Positions 1 to 9,723 are shown, counted from the first letter of the stretch. The stretch: 32,000 nt of DNA from Synechococcus sp. A15-28 (GCF_014280175.1 NZ_CP047931.1:660001-692000), one strand, 5' to 3'. Notes: a model not told the origin generated them from the sequence alone. A program made the numbers and translations.

Positions 1-1382
1 CCTTCGGTGGTCCAGAAACTACCGCTAATGGTCGCTTCCCCCTCCAGGCAGACATCACCTCGGGGGGACGAGCAACTCAGCAGAGGTGTGAGGTAGGCCT
101 CAGGATCCGGATAGCTGCCTCGCCAGTCGAGCATTACTGCTTTGAAGGCTCCTTCTCCGAGCTGGCGGTAGATGGTGGTGGATTCCACCCCATCGAGCTC
201 CAGCACAAGGCAGTCCTGTAAATCGCGCTTGACCTGCGCCTGCCAGGTGAGGGCCAGCAGCTTGTCGGCGGGGACGTTGGAACGGAAGGTCAGGGGAATC
301 CGCAGGGGGTTCCCCTGACAAAATCCCTCCTGGCGCAACAAATCCCGGGCCGCTTCGGGGGCGTGAGCAGGCCAACTGCTTTTGTGCGTTCCCGGGAGGC
401 TGGGGGGAACCAGCGATCGCAGCGGTCGTCGCAGGCCGTAGCTGACCCGCTCGCTGATCTCCTGGCGGTTGATGCTGAGGGCCAGTGCCTGTCTCAGGCG
501 TGGGTTGTTCAGCGGTGCCGCGTTGGAAAGCAGGGTGATGTAGCCGATCTCTGTCGCTGGACCGCTGGCTTCCAGCAGCTCCCCCTGCTGGGCCTGTTGA
601 TGCAGAGCATCGCGCTGGTCTTCATCGATGGAGGGTGAGAGAAGCACGTCGACTTCGCCGCTGCGCAAGGCGCCGTAGAGCGCGGTGGAGTTGCTCAGCG
701 TGATCAGATCCAGCCCAGCGTTGGTGGGAGGTTTGCCCCAGTACTCCGCAAATGGCTCGAGGCGCTGGTGGTGCTCACTGAAGTCGCTCAGCCGATAGGG
801 ACCCGTGCCAACAAAACGGTTGTGGAGAAAACCATCGCGATGCTGGGCATAGGCCGTTGGCGACAAAGGCGTGAGGTTCACCGAGGTCAGCAGACCCTCG
901 AGGGAGGTGGAGGGGCGACTCAGATGCAGCACGAGTCGATCGACTGCAGCCACCTCAACGGAGCTGATCCGTCCTCCCACCACGTAGCTGAGGGTGCCGA
1001 TCTCCAGAAAGCGGCGCAGGCTGAAGGCCATGGCCTCAGCGTCGAACGTTGTCCCGTCGTGAAAGCGCACATCCCTGCGCAGAGGAATGGTCACGGTCAT
1101 GCCGTCGGGGCTGACGATCGGGTCGGCCACGGCAAGTCTCGGGATCAGTTCCCCTCGCTCATCAAGGCTGTAAAGCGGATCCCCCAGGGCACTGAGCAGC
1201 TGGATGGTGTTGACGGTGCTGGCCTGGGCGGGGTCCAGGGAACTGATCTTGCCGGCAGAGGCCACCGTGATCCGACCCGTTTCCGTGGTGATGGGCTGAC
1301 ATGCCAGTTGGGCCAGGCCGAGCAGCACGGCACCGAAAGGGGCCAACCAAGACGTGGTCCGCTGTCTGTCAGCAGGCGTCAA
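1..1382 (-). CDS. ABC transporter substrate-binding protein, family 5 (peptide/nickel/oligopeptide type); C-terminal end runs off the left window edge
   Basis: Absent from the ORF track because there is no stop inside the window. Manual minus-strand translation gives one open frame: ...RQRTTSWLAPFGAVLLGLAQLACQPITTETGRITVASAGKISSLDPAQA...VRFHDGTTFDAEAMAFSLRRF...FVGTGPYRLSDF...ITLLSNAAPLNNPRLRQALALSINRQEI...SGSFWTTEG. These are typical SBP family-5 signatures with a signal/lipobox-like N-terminus. Start placed at TTG 1382..1380 is tentative, as the frame stays open further upstream. The + ORF 768..1412 is its antisense shadow. Confidence 0.8.
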   Translation of the reverse strand, partial: MTPADRQRTTSWLAPFGAVLLGLAQLACQPITTETGRITVASAGKISSLDPAQASTVNTIQLLSALGDPLYSLDERGELIPRLAVADPIVSPDGMTVTIPLRRDVRFHDGTTFDAEAMAFSLRRFLEIGTLSYVVGGRISSVEVAAVDRLVLHLSRPSTSLEGLLTSVNLTPLSPTAYAQHRDGFLHNRFVGTGPYRLSDFSEHHQRLEPFAEYWGKPPTNAGLDLITLSNSTALYGALRSGEVDVLLSPSIDEDQRDALHQQAQQGELLEASGPATEIGYITLLSNAAPLNNPRLRQALALSINRQEISERVSYGLRRPLRSLVPPSLPGTHKSSWPAHAPEAARDLLRQEGFCQGNPLRIPLTFRSNVPADKLLALTWQAQVKRDLQDCLVLELDGVESTTIYRQLGEGAFKAVMLDWRGSYPDPEAYLTPLLSCSSPRGDVCLEGEATISGSFWTTE

Positions 1383-1662
1383 GACATTCGGGAGCCGACC
1401 TTGCGTATTTAAGCCCGACAGCTGAGATCTGCTGCAAGGACACCTCGAAGACCGGAGATCCCAATTTCGGTTCCATGGGCCAGCGGCGGACCCAGCAGCG
1501 GTCATGCTCTCCGTCGACACCGATCACCTGAAATATTCCTGCATCGCTGTGCAGGTTGACCTGATCCCCCTGCTGAATGTCCATGGCAGTTAACGGCTCC
1601 AAGAGCCTGCAGCCTTGAACAGCAGCGTCAGCGGTGGCGTTCGACATGAACAGTTCATGCAT
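1369..1662 (-). CDS. small hypothetical protein (97-aa ORF; real start may be the Met at 1647)
   Basis: ORF track. The composition looks protein-like (GDQVNLHSDAGIFQVIGVDGEHDRCWVRRWPMEP), and it fills the gap between hom and the SBP gene on the same strand. Its last ~14 nt overlap the tentative SBP start. No family recognised. Confidence 0.5.
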   Translation of the reverse strand: MHELFMSNATADAAVQGCRLLEPLTAMDIQQGDQVNLHSDAGIFQVIGVDGEHDRCWVRRWPMEPKLGSPVFEVSLQQISAVGLKYARSAPECLDAC

Positions 1663-1735
1663 GGATCAGCAAAAACTGACCCGTCCTGTTGAAGATCTTG
1701 ACACTGAAAGGGGCCTGTCGGGAGTGCCCTCGCCG

Positions 1736-3043
1736 TCAAAGGCAGCCCAGATGTGCTGCCAGTCCGGAGACTTCACTCAGGGCAGTAATGGAATCTAGAG
1801 CGGCAATCACCTTGCGCTGACTGACCTCATGGGTGATGACAACGATTTCTGCGCCCGCCTCGCTGGCATTGAATTGAACGATCGACTGGATGGACACCCC
1901 GGCATCCCCGAAGCGGCCGCCCACCTTGCCGATCACCCCAGGAGCATCTTCCGTAGTGAAACGCACGTAATGGCGTTGTCGGATGTCGCCGCTGTCCGCC
2001 AGAACGCAGGGTCTCCAGCTGCCAGCCGCCAACAGGGGATCGACGCTGCCCTGATCATCACTGGCCTGGCGGATGCCGGCGATGTTGAGGATGTCGGCGA
2101 CGACCGCCGAAGCCGTGGGTCCGGCTCCCGCTCCGGGGCCATAGAACATGACCCGTCCGATGGGGTCCCCCTCGACGAGAATGGCATTGTTGACGCCATT
2201 CACTCCAGCCAAGGGGTGGTCGCTTGGCACCAGGGTCGGTTGCACCCGCAGTGACAGGGGCAGTGGATCACCGGTGCCTGCAAGGCGCTCAGCAACGGCC
2301 AGCAGCTTGACGCCGTAGCCGAGCTGTCGGGCATACTCCACATCGCGGCCCTGCAGTGCGCTGATACCAGTGGTGGGTAGGGCGTCGCGATCCACGGTCC
2401 CGCCAAAAGCGAGGGCTGAAAGGATGGCAATTTTGTCTGCGGCGTCGAGACCGTCCACATCGGCAGCGGGATCGGCTTCCGCATAGCCAAGTCGCTGGGC
2501 CTCAGCCAGCACATCGGCATAGGCCGCCCCCTCATCCGCCATTCGGGTGAGGATGTAATTGGTGGTGCCGTTGATGATGCCGCTCACCCGATTGATCCTG
2601 TTGCCGCCGAGGGATTGCTTCAGCGGTTCGATAATCGGAATGCCGCCGCCCACAGCGGCTTCGATCAGCACGTACACCCCTGCTGCCTTGGCAGCGTTGG
2701 CAATTTCAGGACCATGGCGTGCAATCACCGCTTTGTTGGCGGTCACCACGGATTTGCCGTTGGCAATGGCCTGAAGAATCAAGCTGCGGGCGGGTTCAAT
2801 GCCGCCGATCACCTCCACCACGACGTCCACCTTGGGATCGTTAACCACCTCATTTGGATTGGTGGTGAGCACGGCATCGGGTAGAGCCACCGTGCGGTGG
2901 CGGTTAAGGTCCCGGACGGCCACCCGGATCAGGTCCAGATCAGCAACCAGAGGGTGACGCTCTTCTGGATTCAGCAGAATTTCGGCCACCCCACCGCCAA
3001 CGGTGCCCAGCCCCAGCAGGCCTACGCCGATCCTTGCGCCCAT
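1736..3043 (-). CDS. hom: homoserine dehydrogenase
   Basis: 435 aa. N-terminal NAD-binding GLLGLGTVGGGV, a central catalytic region (VVTANKAV..., GIINGTTNYIL, AEADP..DV.G.DAA.K) and a C-terminal ACT-like domain. Confidence 0.95.
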   Translation of the reverse strand: MGARIGVGLLGLGTVGGGVAEILLNPEERHPLVADLDLIRVAVRDLNRHRTVALPDAVLTTNPNEVVNDPKVDVVVEVIGGIEPARSLILQAIANGKSVVTANKAVIARHGPEIANAAKAAGVYVLIEAAVGGGIPIIEPLKQSLGGNRINRVSGIINGTTNYILTRMADEGAAYADVLAEAQRLGYAEADPAADVDGLDAADKIAILSALAFGGTVDRDALPTTGISALQGRDVEYARQLGYGVKLLAVAERLAGTGDPLPLSLRVQPTLVPSDHPLAGVNGVNNAILVEGDPIGRVMFYGPGAGAGPTASAVVADILNIAGIRQASDDQGSVDPLLAAGSWRPCVLADSGDIRQRHYVRFTTEDAPGVIGKVGGRFGDAGVSIQSIVQFNASEAGAEIVVITHEVSQRKVIAALDSITALSEVSGLAAHLGCL

Positions 3044-3097
3044 TCCCCGTGATCCGTGTTGGAAAGTTTCCTCTGACTCTATGAATTGGTGGGCTCT

Positions 3098-3523
3098 TCA
3101 AGTGTTTGCCAGGTGCTGTGCCTGAGCCTGCATGGTGCGCAGGATGTTGAGAAATCCATTCGCCCTTGAGGGGGTGAGGCTGGCCTGAAGTCCGGTGGCA
3201 GCAATGAAGGAGGGATCCACCGCCTGCACCTGTTCAGGGGTCAGGCCCTCCAATCCCTGAATCAACAGTGCCAACAGCCCCTTGGTGATCAGGGCGTCGG
3301 AATTCCCCTGCCAATGCATCACCCCCTGTTCGAGAACCCCTTGAACGAACACTTGGGACACACAGCCCTGCACCTTGATCGCCTCGGTCTGCTGCTCGAC
3401 CGGAAGAGGCTTCAGCTTTTTGGCCAGCCACAGAACGTATTCATACCGTCGCTTGGGATCGGGCGTGCCAGCCAGCTTCTCCACCATCCGGTCGAGGGCG
3501 TCACTGCCGCTGCTGGGGGCCAT
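3098..3523 (-). CDS. sufE: SufE-like cysteine desulfuration / Fe-S assembly protein
   Basis: 141 aa. RRYEYVLWLAKKLKPLP...IKVQGCVSQVFV carries the conserved SufE active-site Cys context. Confidence 0.9.
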   Translation of the reverse strand: MAPSSGSDALDRMVEKLAGTPDPKRRYEYVLWLAKKLKPLPVEQQTEAIKVQGCVSQVFVQGVLEQGVMHWQGNSDALITKGLLALLIQGLEGLTPEQVQAVDPSFIAATGLQASLTPSRANGFLNILRTMQAQAQHLANT

Positions 3524-3530
3524 CGAAGTA

Positions 3531-3938
3531 TCAGTCGAATCGACGTCGCACGTTAACCAGGAGGCCCACCAGCATCAGCGTCAGCGGCAGTGACACCACC
3601 TGATCGAGATCCACCTGACCGCTGCTCACCGGCAGCTCCAGGTAGTCCCTGTGGCCAGGACCTCCATCCACCTGAAGGTCCAGCACTCCATCAGCCACAT
3701 CGCTGAGGTCAATCAGCAAGCGGCCATCGGCATCGGTGCTCCCCAGTTCGCGCTGCGGCGTTCCATCAGGGTTCAGCAGCCGCACCACAGCCCCCTCAGT
3801 GGGTTCGCCGTTGGAAAAACTGCTGCTCAGTTCAAGGTTGCCTTCCAGATAGGTCAAAGCGCTCTCGATCTGATGGGCGCCAGCCGGCAGAGCCGACGTG
3901 GTGCCCATGACCAGCATCAAGGCCAGCAGACGCCGCAT
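3531..3938 (-). CDS. small exported protein with cleavable signal peptide and C-terminal membrane anchor (function unknown)
   Basis: 135 aa. N-terminus MRRLLALMLVMGTTSALPAGA|HQIE has an AxA-type cleavage site. The middle is a beta-rich acidic domain. The C-terminus is a hydrophobic helix LPLTLMLVGLLV followed by RRRF. Confidence 0.7.
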   Translation of the reverse strand: MRRLLALMLVMGTTSALPAGAHQIESALTYLEGNLELSSSFSNGEPTEGAVVRLLNPDGTPQRELGSTDADGRLLIDLSDVADGVLDLQVDGGPGHRDYLELPVSSGQVDLDQVVSLPLTLMLVGLLVNVRRRFD

Positions 3939-3974
3939 GGGATGGGTTGATGGGAGTGCCCATGATGCGCTGCA

Positions 3975-4523
3975 TCAACTGGGCTGACCAGGTCCGAGTT
4001 CCGTGATCCAGCCGGTGAAGGGCACATCCCAGGCGTCACGGGGCAGAGGATCTGCGCAGATGCAACCGGAGGGAAGCACCACCCAGGCCGGCACGGCTGC
4101 CCAGGTGGGATCAGCGCGCAACCGGTCGTAGTAGCCGCCGCCGTACCCCAGCCGGATGCCGGTGTGGTCGATGGCCAGCGCCGGGACGAGCAAGAGGCTG
4201 AGCTGGTCTGCAGCGAGAGCTGATCCCTCGGCCGGAGCGGGGATTCCACAACCGTCGGCCTGCAGGGGCGTGTCTCCCCAGAGCCGGTACTGGAGCCCCC
4301 CCACGCCGTTCGCGACCGGTAAGGCAACAGCGCTTGGTGTGGCGGCGCGAATGGACCGCAGATCCACTTCACCGTTCAACGGCCAGTACAAGCCGAGATG
4401 GCCTGTCTGAATTGGCGAGGACTGAACCAGGGTCAGCACCTGTCGGCAAATCGCCGAACTGAGTGAAAGCTGCTGCTGGCGTCGCTGTCGGAAATGACGC
4501 CGTAGTTCCTGTTTGCTTGTCAC
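3975..4523 (-). CDS. 5-formyltetrahydrofolate cyclo-ligase
   Basis: [13 protein letters not shown]...[15 protein letters not shown] is the MTHFS signature. The track ORF starts at TTG 4535. I prefer GTG 4523..4521, which forms a GTGA start/stop overlap with the ruvC stop (4522..4520). Confidence 0.88.
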   Translation of the reverse strand: MTSKQELRRHFRQRRQQQLSLSSAICRQVLTLVQSSPIQTGHLGLYWPLNGEVDLRSIRAATPSAVALPVANGVGGLQYRLWGDTPLQADGCGIPAPAEGSALAADQLSLLLVPALAIDHTGIRLGYGGGYYDRLRADPTWAAVPAWVVLPSGCICADPLPRDAWDVPFTGWITELGPGQPS

Positions 4524-4984
4524 CTCTGGAACCAACCCGTCAGAGCCACCGCCAGGGCGTCGGCGGCATCGTCAGGCCGCGGCGGTTCCGTCAGATCCAG
4601 CTCACGCATCACCGCCTCCAGCACCTCCTGCTTTTCGGCATGGCCGAAACCTGCCAGCGCCAGCTTGATCTGCATCGGTGGAAACTCAACCACCGGAATC
4701 TTGAATCGGGCCAGGGTCATCATCACCACTCCCCTGGCTTGCACCACATTGATCGTGTTGCTGGAGCGGTAGAAAAAGAATTTCTCCACCGCCGCCAGTT
4801 CAGGCTGCCAGGCCCGGATCAGCTGCCGCAGGTCCGCAGCGATCTCCACCATCCGCTCGCCGTCGCTTCGACCCGGGTCGGTGCGAATGATCCCGCAGTC
4901 GAGCATCCGCTGATGCCCGCCGCTGGTGTCAATCACCCCGTAACCCACCCGAGCCAGGCCCGGATCGATGCCGAGGATTCTCAT
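4520..4984 (-). CDS. ruvC: crossover junction endodeoxyribonuclease RuvC
   Basis: 154 aa. [19 protein letters not shown]... is the canonical RuvC N-terminus with catalytic Asp. Confidence 0.95.
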   Translation of the reverse strand: MRILGIDPGLARVGYGVIDTSGGHQRMLDCGIIRTDPGRSDGERMVEIAADLRQLIRAWQPELAAVEKFFFYRSSNTINVVQARGVVMMTLARFKIPVVEFPPMQIKLALAGFGHAEKQEVLEAVMRELDLTEPPRPDDAADALAVALTGWFQR

Positions 4985-4990
4985 GGGGGA

Positions 4991-6079
4991 TCAGGCGGCG
5001 AGGGCCAGCTCGAAATCAGCGCGGTCGCTGCTTTCGCTGCGTTCAAACACTTTGCAGAACACCTTCACCACCCGATCGCCGGAATCGACTTGCTCCAGGG
5101 GATCCTTACGCAGGCGATGGCGCAGGCAGCAGGAGGCCACCCGGGCGACATCCTCCTCACTGACCTCCGTCCGGCCCTCGAAGGCCGCCAGGGCCCGGGC
5201 CGCTCGGTTCGTGACGATGTCACCCCGCAGACCATCCACATCCAGCTCGCCGCAGACGGCGGACACCCGCAGGCGCAGGTCGTCGTCAATGGTCACGGCA
5301 CTCAACCGTTGCTGCGCTTCCACCACCCGCTGCTGGAGTGCGTTCTGGCTGGCTTCCACCGCCGTGCTGAAGCCGTCGGGATCGCTGTCGAAGGCGGTGC
5401 GTTGATCCACCACCTGAACCCGCAGCTCGGGATCGCGCACCGTGCGCACTTCCACGCTCATGCCGAAACGGTCGAGCAGCTGCGGGCGTAGTTCGCCTTC
5501 CTCAGGGTTGCCGGAGCCGATCAGCACGAATCGTGCTGGATGGCGCACGGAGACGCCCTCCCGTTCCACGGTGTTCCAGCCGGAGGCGGCGGAATCAAGA
5601 AGAACATCGACGAGGTGGTCGTCGAGCAGGTTCACCTCATCCACGTAGAGCAGCCCGCGGTTGGCCTTGGCCAGCAGACCGGGCTCGAAAGCTCGCACGC
5701 CTTCGCTCAGGGCCTTTTCGATGTCGATGGTGCCGCAGAGGCGATCCTCCGTGGCTCCCAGTGGGAGATCCACCATGGGCACCTGGCGGGGCTCTGTGGT
5801 GATGGACTCCCCCCGTTCCATCCGTTCTCTCAACTCGCTGCTCTGCAGATCGGGATCCGTGGACGAACTGTTGTAAGGGTCACCTGTCACCACATCGATG
5901 TCCGGCAGCAAATCCGCCAGCGCTCTGATGGTGGTGGATTTCCCTGTCCCCCTGTCACCCATGATCATCACGCCGCCGATGCGGGGATCGATCACATTGA
6001 GCAGAAGCGCGAGCTTCATCTCCTCCTGACCGATCACAGCGGTAAACGGAAAAACCCTGCGCTTCCGGGGTGCTGTCAC
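4991..6079 (-). CDS. chlI: magnesium chelatase ATPase subunit I
   Basis: 362 aa. FPFTAVIGQEEMKLALLLNVIDP.IGGVMIMGDRGTGKST (Walker A), LLYVDEVNLLDDHLVD (Walker B) and a full-length ChlI/BchI pattern. Confidence 0.96.
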   Translation of the reverse strand: MTAPRKRRVFPFTAVIGQEEMKLALLLNVIDPRIGGVMIMGDRGTGKSTTIRALADLLPDIDVVTGDPYNSSSTDPDLQSSELRERMERGESITTEPRQVPMVDLPLGATEDRLCGTIDIEKALSEGVRAFEPGLLAKANRGLLYVDEVNLLDDHLVDVLLDSAASGWNTVEREGVSVRHPARFVLIGSGNPEEGELRPQLLDRFGMSVEVRTVRDPELRVQVVDQRTAFDSDPDGFSTAVEASQNALQQRVVEAQQRLSAVTIDDDLRLRVSAVCGELDVDGLRGDIVTNRAARALAAFEGRTEVSEEDVARVASCCLRHRLRKDPLEQVDSGDRVVKVFCKVFERSESSDRADFELALAA

Positions 6080-6099
6080 GGCCGAATCACCTGTTGTGA

Positions 6100-7458
6100 T
6101 CAGGATTGTTTCACAGGCCGAACGGTGAGCACCTGCGGAGGGGTGGCATCGGCCGGGTAGATCAGTCGAATCCGTACATCTCGCGCTTCGCCAGGTTTGA
6201 GCGTGACCTGACCGAGGGATGCTCCCTCCTGTCCCTGGCGAAGCACCAGATGCACGGTCTGGCGTCCGTAGGGGCTGCCATCGGCGTCATCAAGGCCAAC
6301 CACCTCAACCGGTCCACGGAACATCACGGGCCCCGAAAGGCTGCTGCGGAACCGCAGGGCATCGGAGGCTTGATCCGTTTTCAAGGGGGATTCGAGGGCC
6401 AGACTCAGGGTCTGCGCTGCTGCACCACTGTTTTTGAGTGGCAGGGTCAGGTCGTATTCGACCCCGTAGTTCCCATGGGCGGCCCAGGCTGTGCCGGGAT
6501 ACAGCGCCTGCAGTTCTGCCGTCTGCACCTGCCCTGTTCCCAAACTGCCGCGCTCGAGGCTGCTGATCGGCCAGGACACAGGCTCGTTCTGAATCGACAG
6601 GGTTGTGCTGCCGGGGTCCGTAATGCGGGTCTGCCATCGGCTGCCGATCTGGACACCGCTGACGCGGGAATAAATGATCTTCCCCTTGCTCCCGCGAGGG
6701 GTGGGGTTGTGTTCTTTTCCACTGAGCTCGCCGCTGCTGAGCAGGTCGATCAAGTCCTGAACGTTCGGCGCTTGATGGCCGTCACCATGGGCCGCAAGGG
6801 TGGCCAGGGCCACTGGTGCGGAGCTGTGAAGACGCAGTTGAAGATTGCGGCCATTCAGCAGGGGGTCGAGCCCCTGCACCGGGATGGGCAGCTGCAGCAC
6901 AACCGTTGGGGAACCGGGCTTGAGGGTCCAGCGTCGTGGCGACAGTTCCTGAGCTTCTCGTCCCTTCAGCAGGTCTCCCGCAACCCGGCTGCCAGGACCA
7001 GCGGCAATCACGTCATTGGTTTCCCGCATCAGCGGAGGCAGCGGCAGAAACGGAGCCGCGGTCTGGCCAGGTTCGGTGGCCTGGGACAGGGAGGTGCTTC
7101 CTTCGATCAGCGTGAGCGTGACATCTTCATCGCCGATGGGTGCCATCAGCAGGGCCAGCCACAGGGTGGAGTCGAGGGTCTCATCCGTGCCTGCATAGAC
7201 GTGATGGCTGAACAGATCGAAGCGGCCGCTCAGGTCCACGGAGATCGATGCATCCCCACCATCGGGAAACGTGGAAAGGAGGATGCCGTCCTCCTTGATC
7301 AGCTCCGGGTTGTTGTCGTTCACCATCAGCACGGCGTCCAATTGCCCTGGCAGCGACCGGACGCTCTGTTGCCGTTGGATGACGTCGGCGATGGCAGAAG
7401 GGGCCACACCTGCGGTGAGGCCGGCGATGACGGCACCAAGAAGAACGAGCGATCTCAT
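6100..7458 (-). CDS. conserved secreted cyanobacterial protein of unknown function (possibly the DUF3370 family, from memory only)
   Basis: 452 aa with signal peptide MRSLVLLGAVIAGLTAGVAPSAIA. Its ATG forms an ATGA overlap with the upstream gene's stop (7455..7458). The nearly co-extensive + ORF 6106..7479 is judged a shadow. Confidence 0.8.
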   Translation of the reverse strand: MRSLVLLGAVIAGLTAGVAPSAIADVIQRQQSVRSLPGQLDAVLMVNDNNPELIKEDGILLSTFPDGGDASISVDLSGRFDLFSHHVYAGTDETLDSTLWLALLMAPIGDEDVTLTLIEGSTSLSQATEPGQTAAPFLPLPPLMRETNDVIAAGPGSRVAGDLLKGREAQELSPRRWTLKPGSPTVVLQLPIPVQGLDPLLNGRNLQLRLHSSAPVALATLAAHGDGHQAPNVQDLIDLLSSGELSGKEHNPTPRGSKGKIIYSRVSGVQIGSRWQTRITDPGSTTLSIQNEPVSWPISSLERGSLGTGQVQTAELQALYPGTAWAAHGNYGVEYDLTLPLKNSGAAAQTLSLALESPLKTDQASDALRFRSSLSGPVMFRGPVEVVGLDDADGSPYGRQTVHLVLRQGQEGASLGQVTLKPGEARDVRIRLIYPADATPPQVLTVRPVKQS

Positions 7459-8543
7459 GGTGTGGACTGCTGGGGTTGAGAGGCGGTTCGGCGCGGTGGA
7501 GCCGCTTCCGGCTTGAGGTGGGGGGCCATGGCTGCTGCCATGGCACGGATCAGATTGGTGGACCTTGGGTCGTTGAACGGACCCTTCACCAGAAAACCCG
7601 CCACGGCGCGGCGACCATCGGGCAGTTCGATCAAGCCGGCATCGGCATAGGCGATGCCGATGTCGCCGGTCTTGTTGTAAACGCGATAACCCTTGCTGGC
7701 CAGGCTGGAATCGGGGGCGCCCTGGGCGCCGCCAAGACCTTTCATCAATCCCGTCGGCAGAAGCGTGTTGGTGACGGAGGTCGCCATGACCTCACGGAAT
7801 AAATCACGGCTGCGCAGGCTGAGGGTTTCACCGGTGTCGACCAGGGCGATGCTGCGACTGAGGTCGTAGGCACTCGTGGTGTTGGTGCCGTCCAGATCAG
7901 GCAGCCAGTTGTTGACTTCGGTGGCCATCAGACCGAGGTCCTGGAAGAGCTGATTGATGGTCTGCTGCCCCCCCACCCGCTCGATCAGAAGATTGGTGGC
8001 GGAGTTGTCGCTGACGCGAATCATTTCCGTGGCGGCGACTCGGGCAGGGAAACGGCTTCCGAGCGGTCGAGATGCCATCCACCCCGCGCCTCCCCCAACG
8101 AGTTCCTTCGTCAGCAGAAGTGGTTCATTCCAGTGCAGATCGCCAGCGTCAATCCGTTGCAGTGCGGTCAGCAGAATCGGTGTTTTGATGGAACTGGCCG
8201 CTGGCATCGGTCGATCGGCGTTCATCTGGGCGAAGCGGCCGTCGTCGAGGAGCAGCATGTAGGCGCTGGCCTCAAGATCCTTCTGTGTGGCCGCGATGGC
8301 GCGCCATCGGGCGGAGAGCTCGGGGATTTCTCGGGTCGGCTCGAAACGACCCACAACTGGCTTTCGGATTGACTCAGGCTTGTCCTGAGTTGGCTTCTCA
8401 ACGGCAGCAGTTTCAAATGGCTGCAGCCAGTCCGGCAGGTTGAGGGTCTGGCGTTGAACCTGCGGGGCGAACCAGCGCAGTGCTGACCCCGTCAGCACGC
8501 CCAGACCAATCCCCAGCACCATCAACCGCAGGAGGCGACGCAC
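7455..8543 (-). CDS. class A beta-lactamase-like serine hydrolase / penicillin-binding-type protein, membrane anchored
   Basis: Carries the S-x-x-K (ASSIKT), SDN (VSDNSATN) and KTG (NKTGDIG) motif triad. The track ORF extends to 8867, but that extension is R/P/S-rich and overlaps the TrmJ-like gene. I place the start at GTG 8543 (VRRLLRLMVLGIGLGVL signal anchor), or alternatively ATG 8522. Confidence 0.85.
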   Translation of the reverse strand: MRRLLRLMVLGIGLGVLTGSALRWFAPQVQRQTLNLPDWLQPFETAAVEKPTQDKPESIRKPVVGRFEPTREIPELSARWRAIAATQKDLEASAYMLLLDDGRFAQMNADRPMPAASSIKTPILLTALQRIDAGDLHWNEPLLLTKELVGGGAGWMASRPLGSRFPARVAATEMIRVSDNSATNLLIERVGGQQTINQLFQDLGLMATEVNNWLPDLDGTNTTSAYDLSRSIALVDTGETLSLRSRDLFREVMATSVTNTLLPTGLMKGLGGAQGAPDSSLASKGYRVYNKTGDIGIAYADAGLIELPDGRRAVAGFLVKGPFNDPRSTNLIRAMAAAMAPHLKPEAAPPRRTASQPQQSTP

Positions 8544-8620
8544 CGGAGATCCCCATCCAGGAGAACGACGAGAGGGACGGCTGCTGCTCAAGCGCGTCGT
8601 GCACTGTGACTCGCGTGAGG

Positions 8621-9337
8621 CTAGGGGCGGTCGGCGCGGATGGCCCAGCGAAGTTGCCGCACCATGCCTCGGAACAAAGCGACCTCCTCCGCTCTGCAGG
8701 TCGCGCGTTGCAAGAGATCCCGGACCTTGCCCATGCGCGCTGCACGGGTGTGGGGCAGTAGGAAGCCAGCCTCCAGGAGCAGCTCTGCGGCATCGTCCAA
8801 CAGCCCGGTCAGCTGAGGTGCCGGTGCAGGTGCAGGATCTTTGCTGCGGGAGGGGCGAGCTTGCCATTGATGCCGGGCCAGGTCGTGAAGGACCACGGCG
8901 ACGGCGTGGGAGAGATTGAGCGAGGGATAGGCCTCCTGGCTGTGCAGCGTCAGAACCCGCTGGCAGAGTCTGAGTTCATCGTTGGTGAGGCCGCGGTCTT
9001 CCCGCCCAAAAATCAGGGCGTAAGGGGGATCTCCCGACAGCATCCAGTCGATGGCGGTGTCTGGGTTCTGCAGCGGTATGCCTCCATGGTCCAACCGGCC
9101 GCAGGTGGCGATCACACGCCTGCAATCCCCGATGGCGGACTGCAAATCAGGGTGAATGGTGGCCTGTCGCAGAAGAGGGGCCGCATGGACGGCCATCCGG
9201 AGAGCGTCATCACAGAGAACCTCGCAGCGGGGATTGACCAACCGCAGTGAGTGAACACCGAAATTGGCGCAGAGCCTTGCCACACTGCCGATGTTCAGTG
9301 GCCCGGCAGGCTCGACCAGGACTATGGCGACGGTCAA
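8621..9337 (-). CDS. SpoU/TrmH-family RNA 2'-O-methyltransferase (TrmJ-like)
   Basis: 238 aa. IVLVEPAGPLNIGSVARLCANFGV..LRLVNPRC is a typical TrmH group-1 N-terminus, followed by IFGREDRGLTNDEL. The TTG start forms a TTGA overlap with the cytM stop. Confidence 0.88.
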   Translation of the reverse strand: MTVAIVLVEPAGPLNIGSVARLCANFGVHSLRLVNPRCEVLCDDALRMAVHAAPLLRQATIHPDLQSAIGDCRRVIATCGRLDHGGIPLQNPDTAIDWMLSGDPPYALIFGREDRGLTNDELRLCQRVLTLHSQEAYPSLNLSHAVAVVLHDLARHQWQARPSRSKDPAPAPAPQLTGLLDDAAELLLEAGFLLPHTRAARMGKVRDLLQRATCRAEEVALFRGMVRQLRWAIRADRP

Positions 9338-9723
9338 CTCAGGTTGTGCAGATGACTGAGCAGATCAGCCATCGATGCCGGCTCCATTTGGAAACTCGGC
9401 ATTGGCGGGGTGTCACCGCTCACGATCTGATGAATCAAGGCTGGATCGCGCATCCGCTCGCTGATGCCTGCCAGTTTGGGTGCCAGCAGTCCTTGCCCTG
9501 CCAGCCCATGGCAACCAGCACAGTTGATCCGGAACAACTGTCCCCCATGCTCGGGATCCCCTGGAAGTTCAAGGCTGGCTCGGACGTAGGGGTCCTGTTG
9601 TGCGCCGTTGATCATCCAGATCAAAAGGACGGCGCAAGCCGACGCCGCGAGCACCACCAGTGCCGTGATCAATCCCCTGCTGGATTCTTGTTGTTCCGCT
9701 GCAGTTGATGTCGGCTCGATCAC
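9334..9723 (-). CDS. cytM: membrane-anchored c-type cytochrome (cytochrome cM-like)
   Basis: 129 aa. N-terminal TM helix LITALVVLAASACAVLLIWMI, heme-binding CAGCH and a downstream PPMP axial-Met context. Confidence 0.8.
   Translation of the reverse strand: MIEPTSTAAEQQESSRGLITALVVLAASACAVLLIWMINGAQQDPYVRASLELPGDPEHGGQLFRINCAGCHGLAGQGLLAPKLAGISERMRDPALIHQIVSGDTPPMPSFQMEPASMADLLSHLHNLS

Noticed and set aside
6106-7479. A 457-aa + strand ORF almost exactly co-extensive with the 452-aa minus-strand gene 6100..7458. Similar long mirror ORFs occur at 768..1412, 4463..5491, 13946..14578, 14729..15457, 15454..16356, 18872..19867, 20593..21414, 29878..30762 and 31305..31895.
   Set aside because: All lie antisense to genes with unmistakable family signatures. 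Their products are R/G/H/Q/P-rich, with no motifs, signal peptides or TM patterns. High-GC3 genomes generate such stop-free antisense frames routinely. Only Ribo-seq or proteomics could overturn this.
8544-8867. The 5' extension of the beta-lactamase-like ORF (the track calls 470 aa from 8867), overlapping the 3' end of the TrmJ-like gene by about 250 nt.
   Set aside because: The extension is an Arg/Pro/Ser-rich low-complexity sequence. A GTG or ATG start (8543 or 8522) directly precedes a proper signal anchor. The overlapped region is accounted for by the methyltransferase C-terminus.
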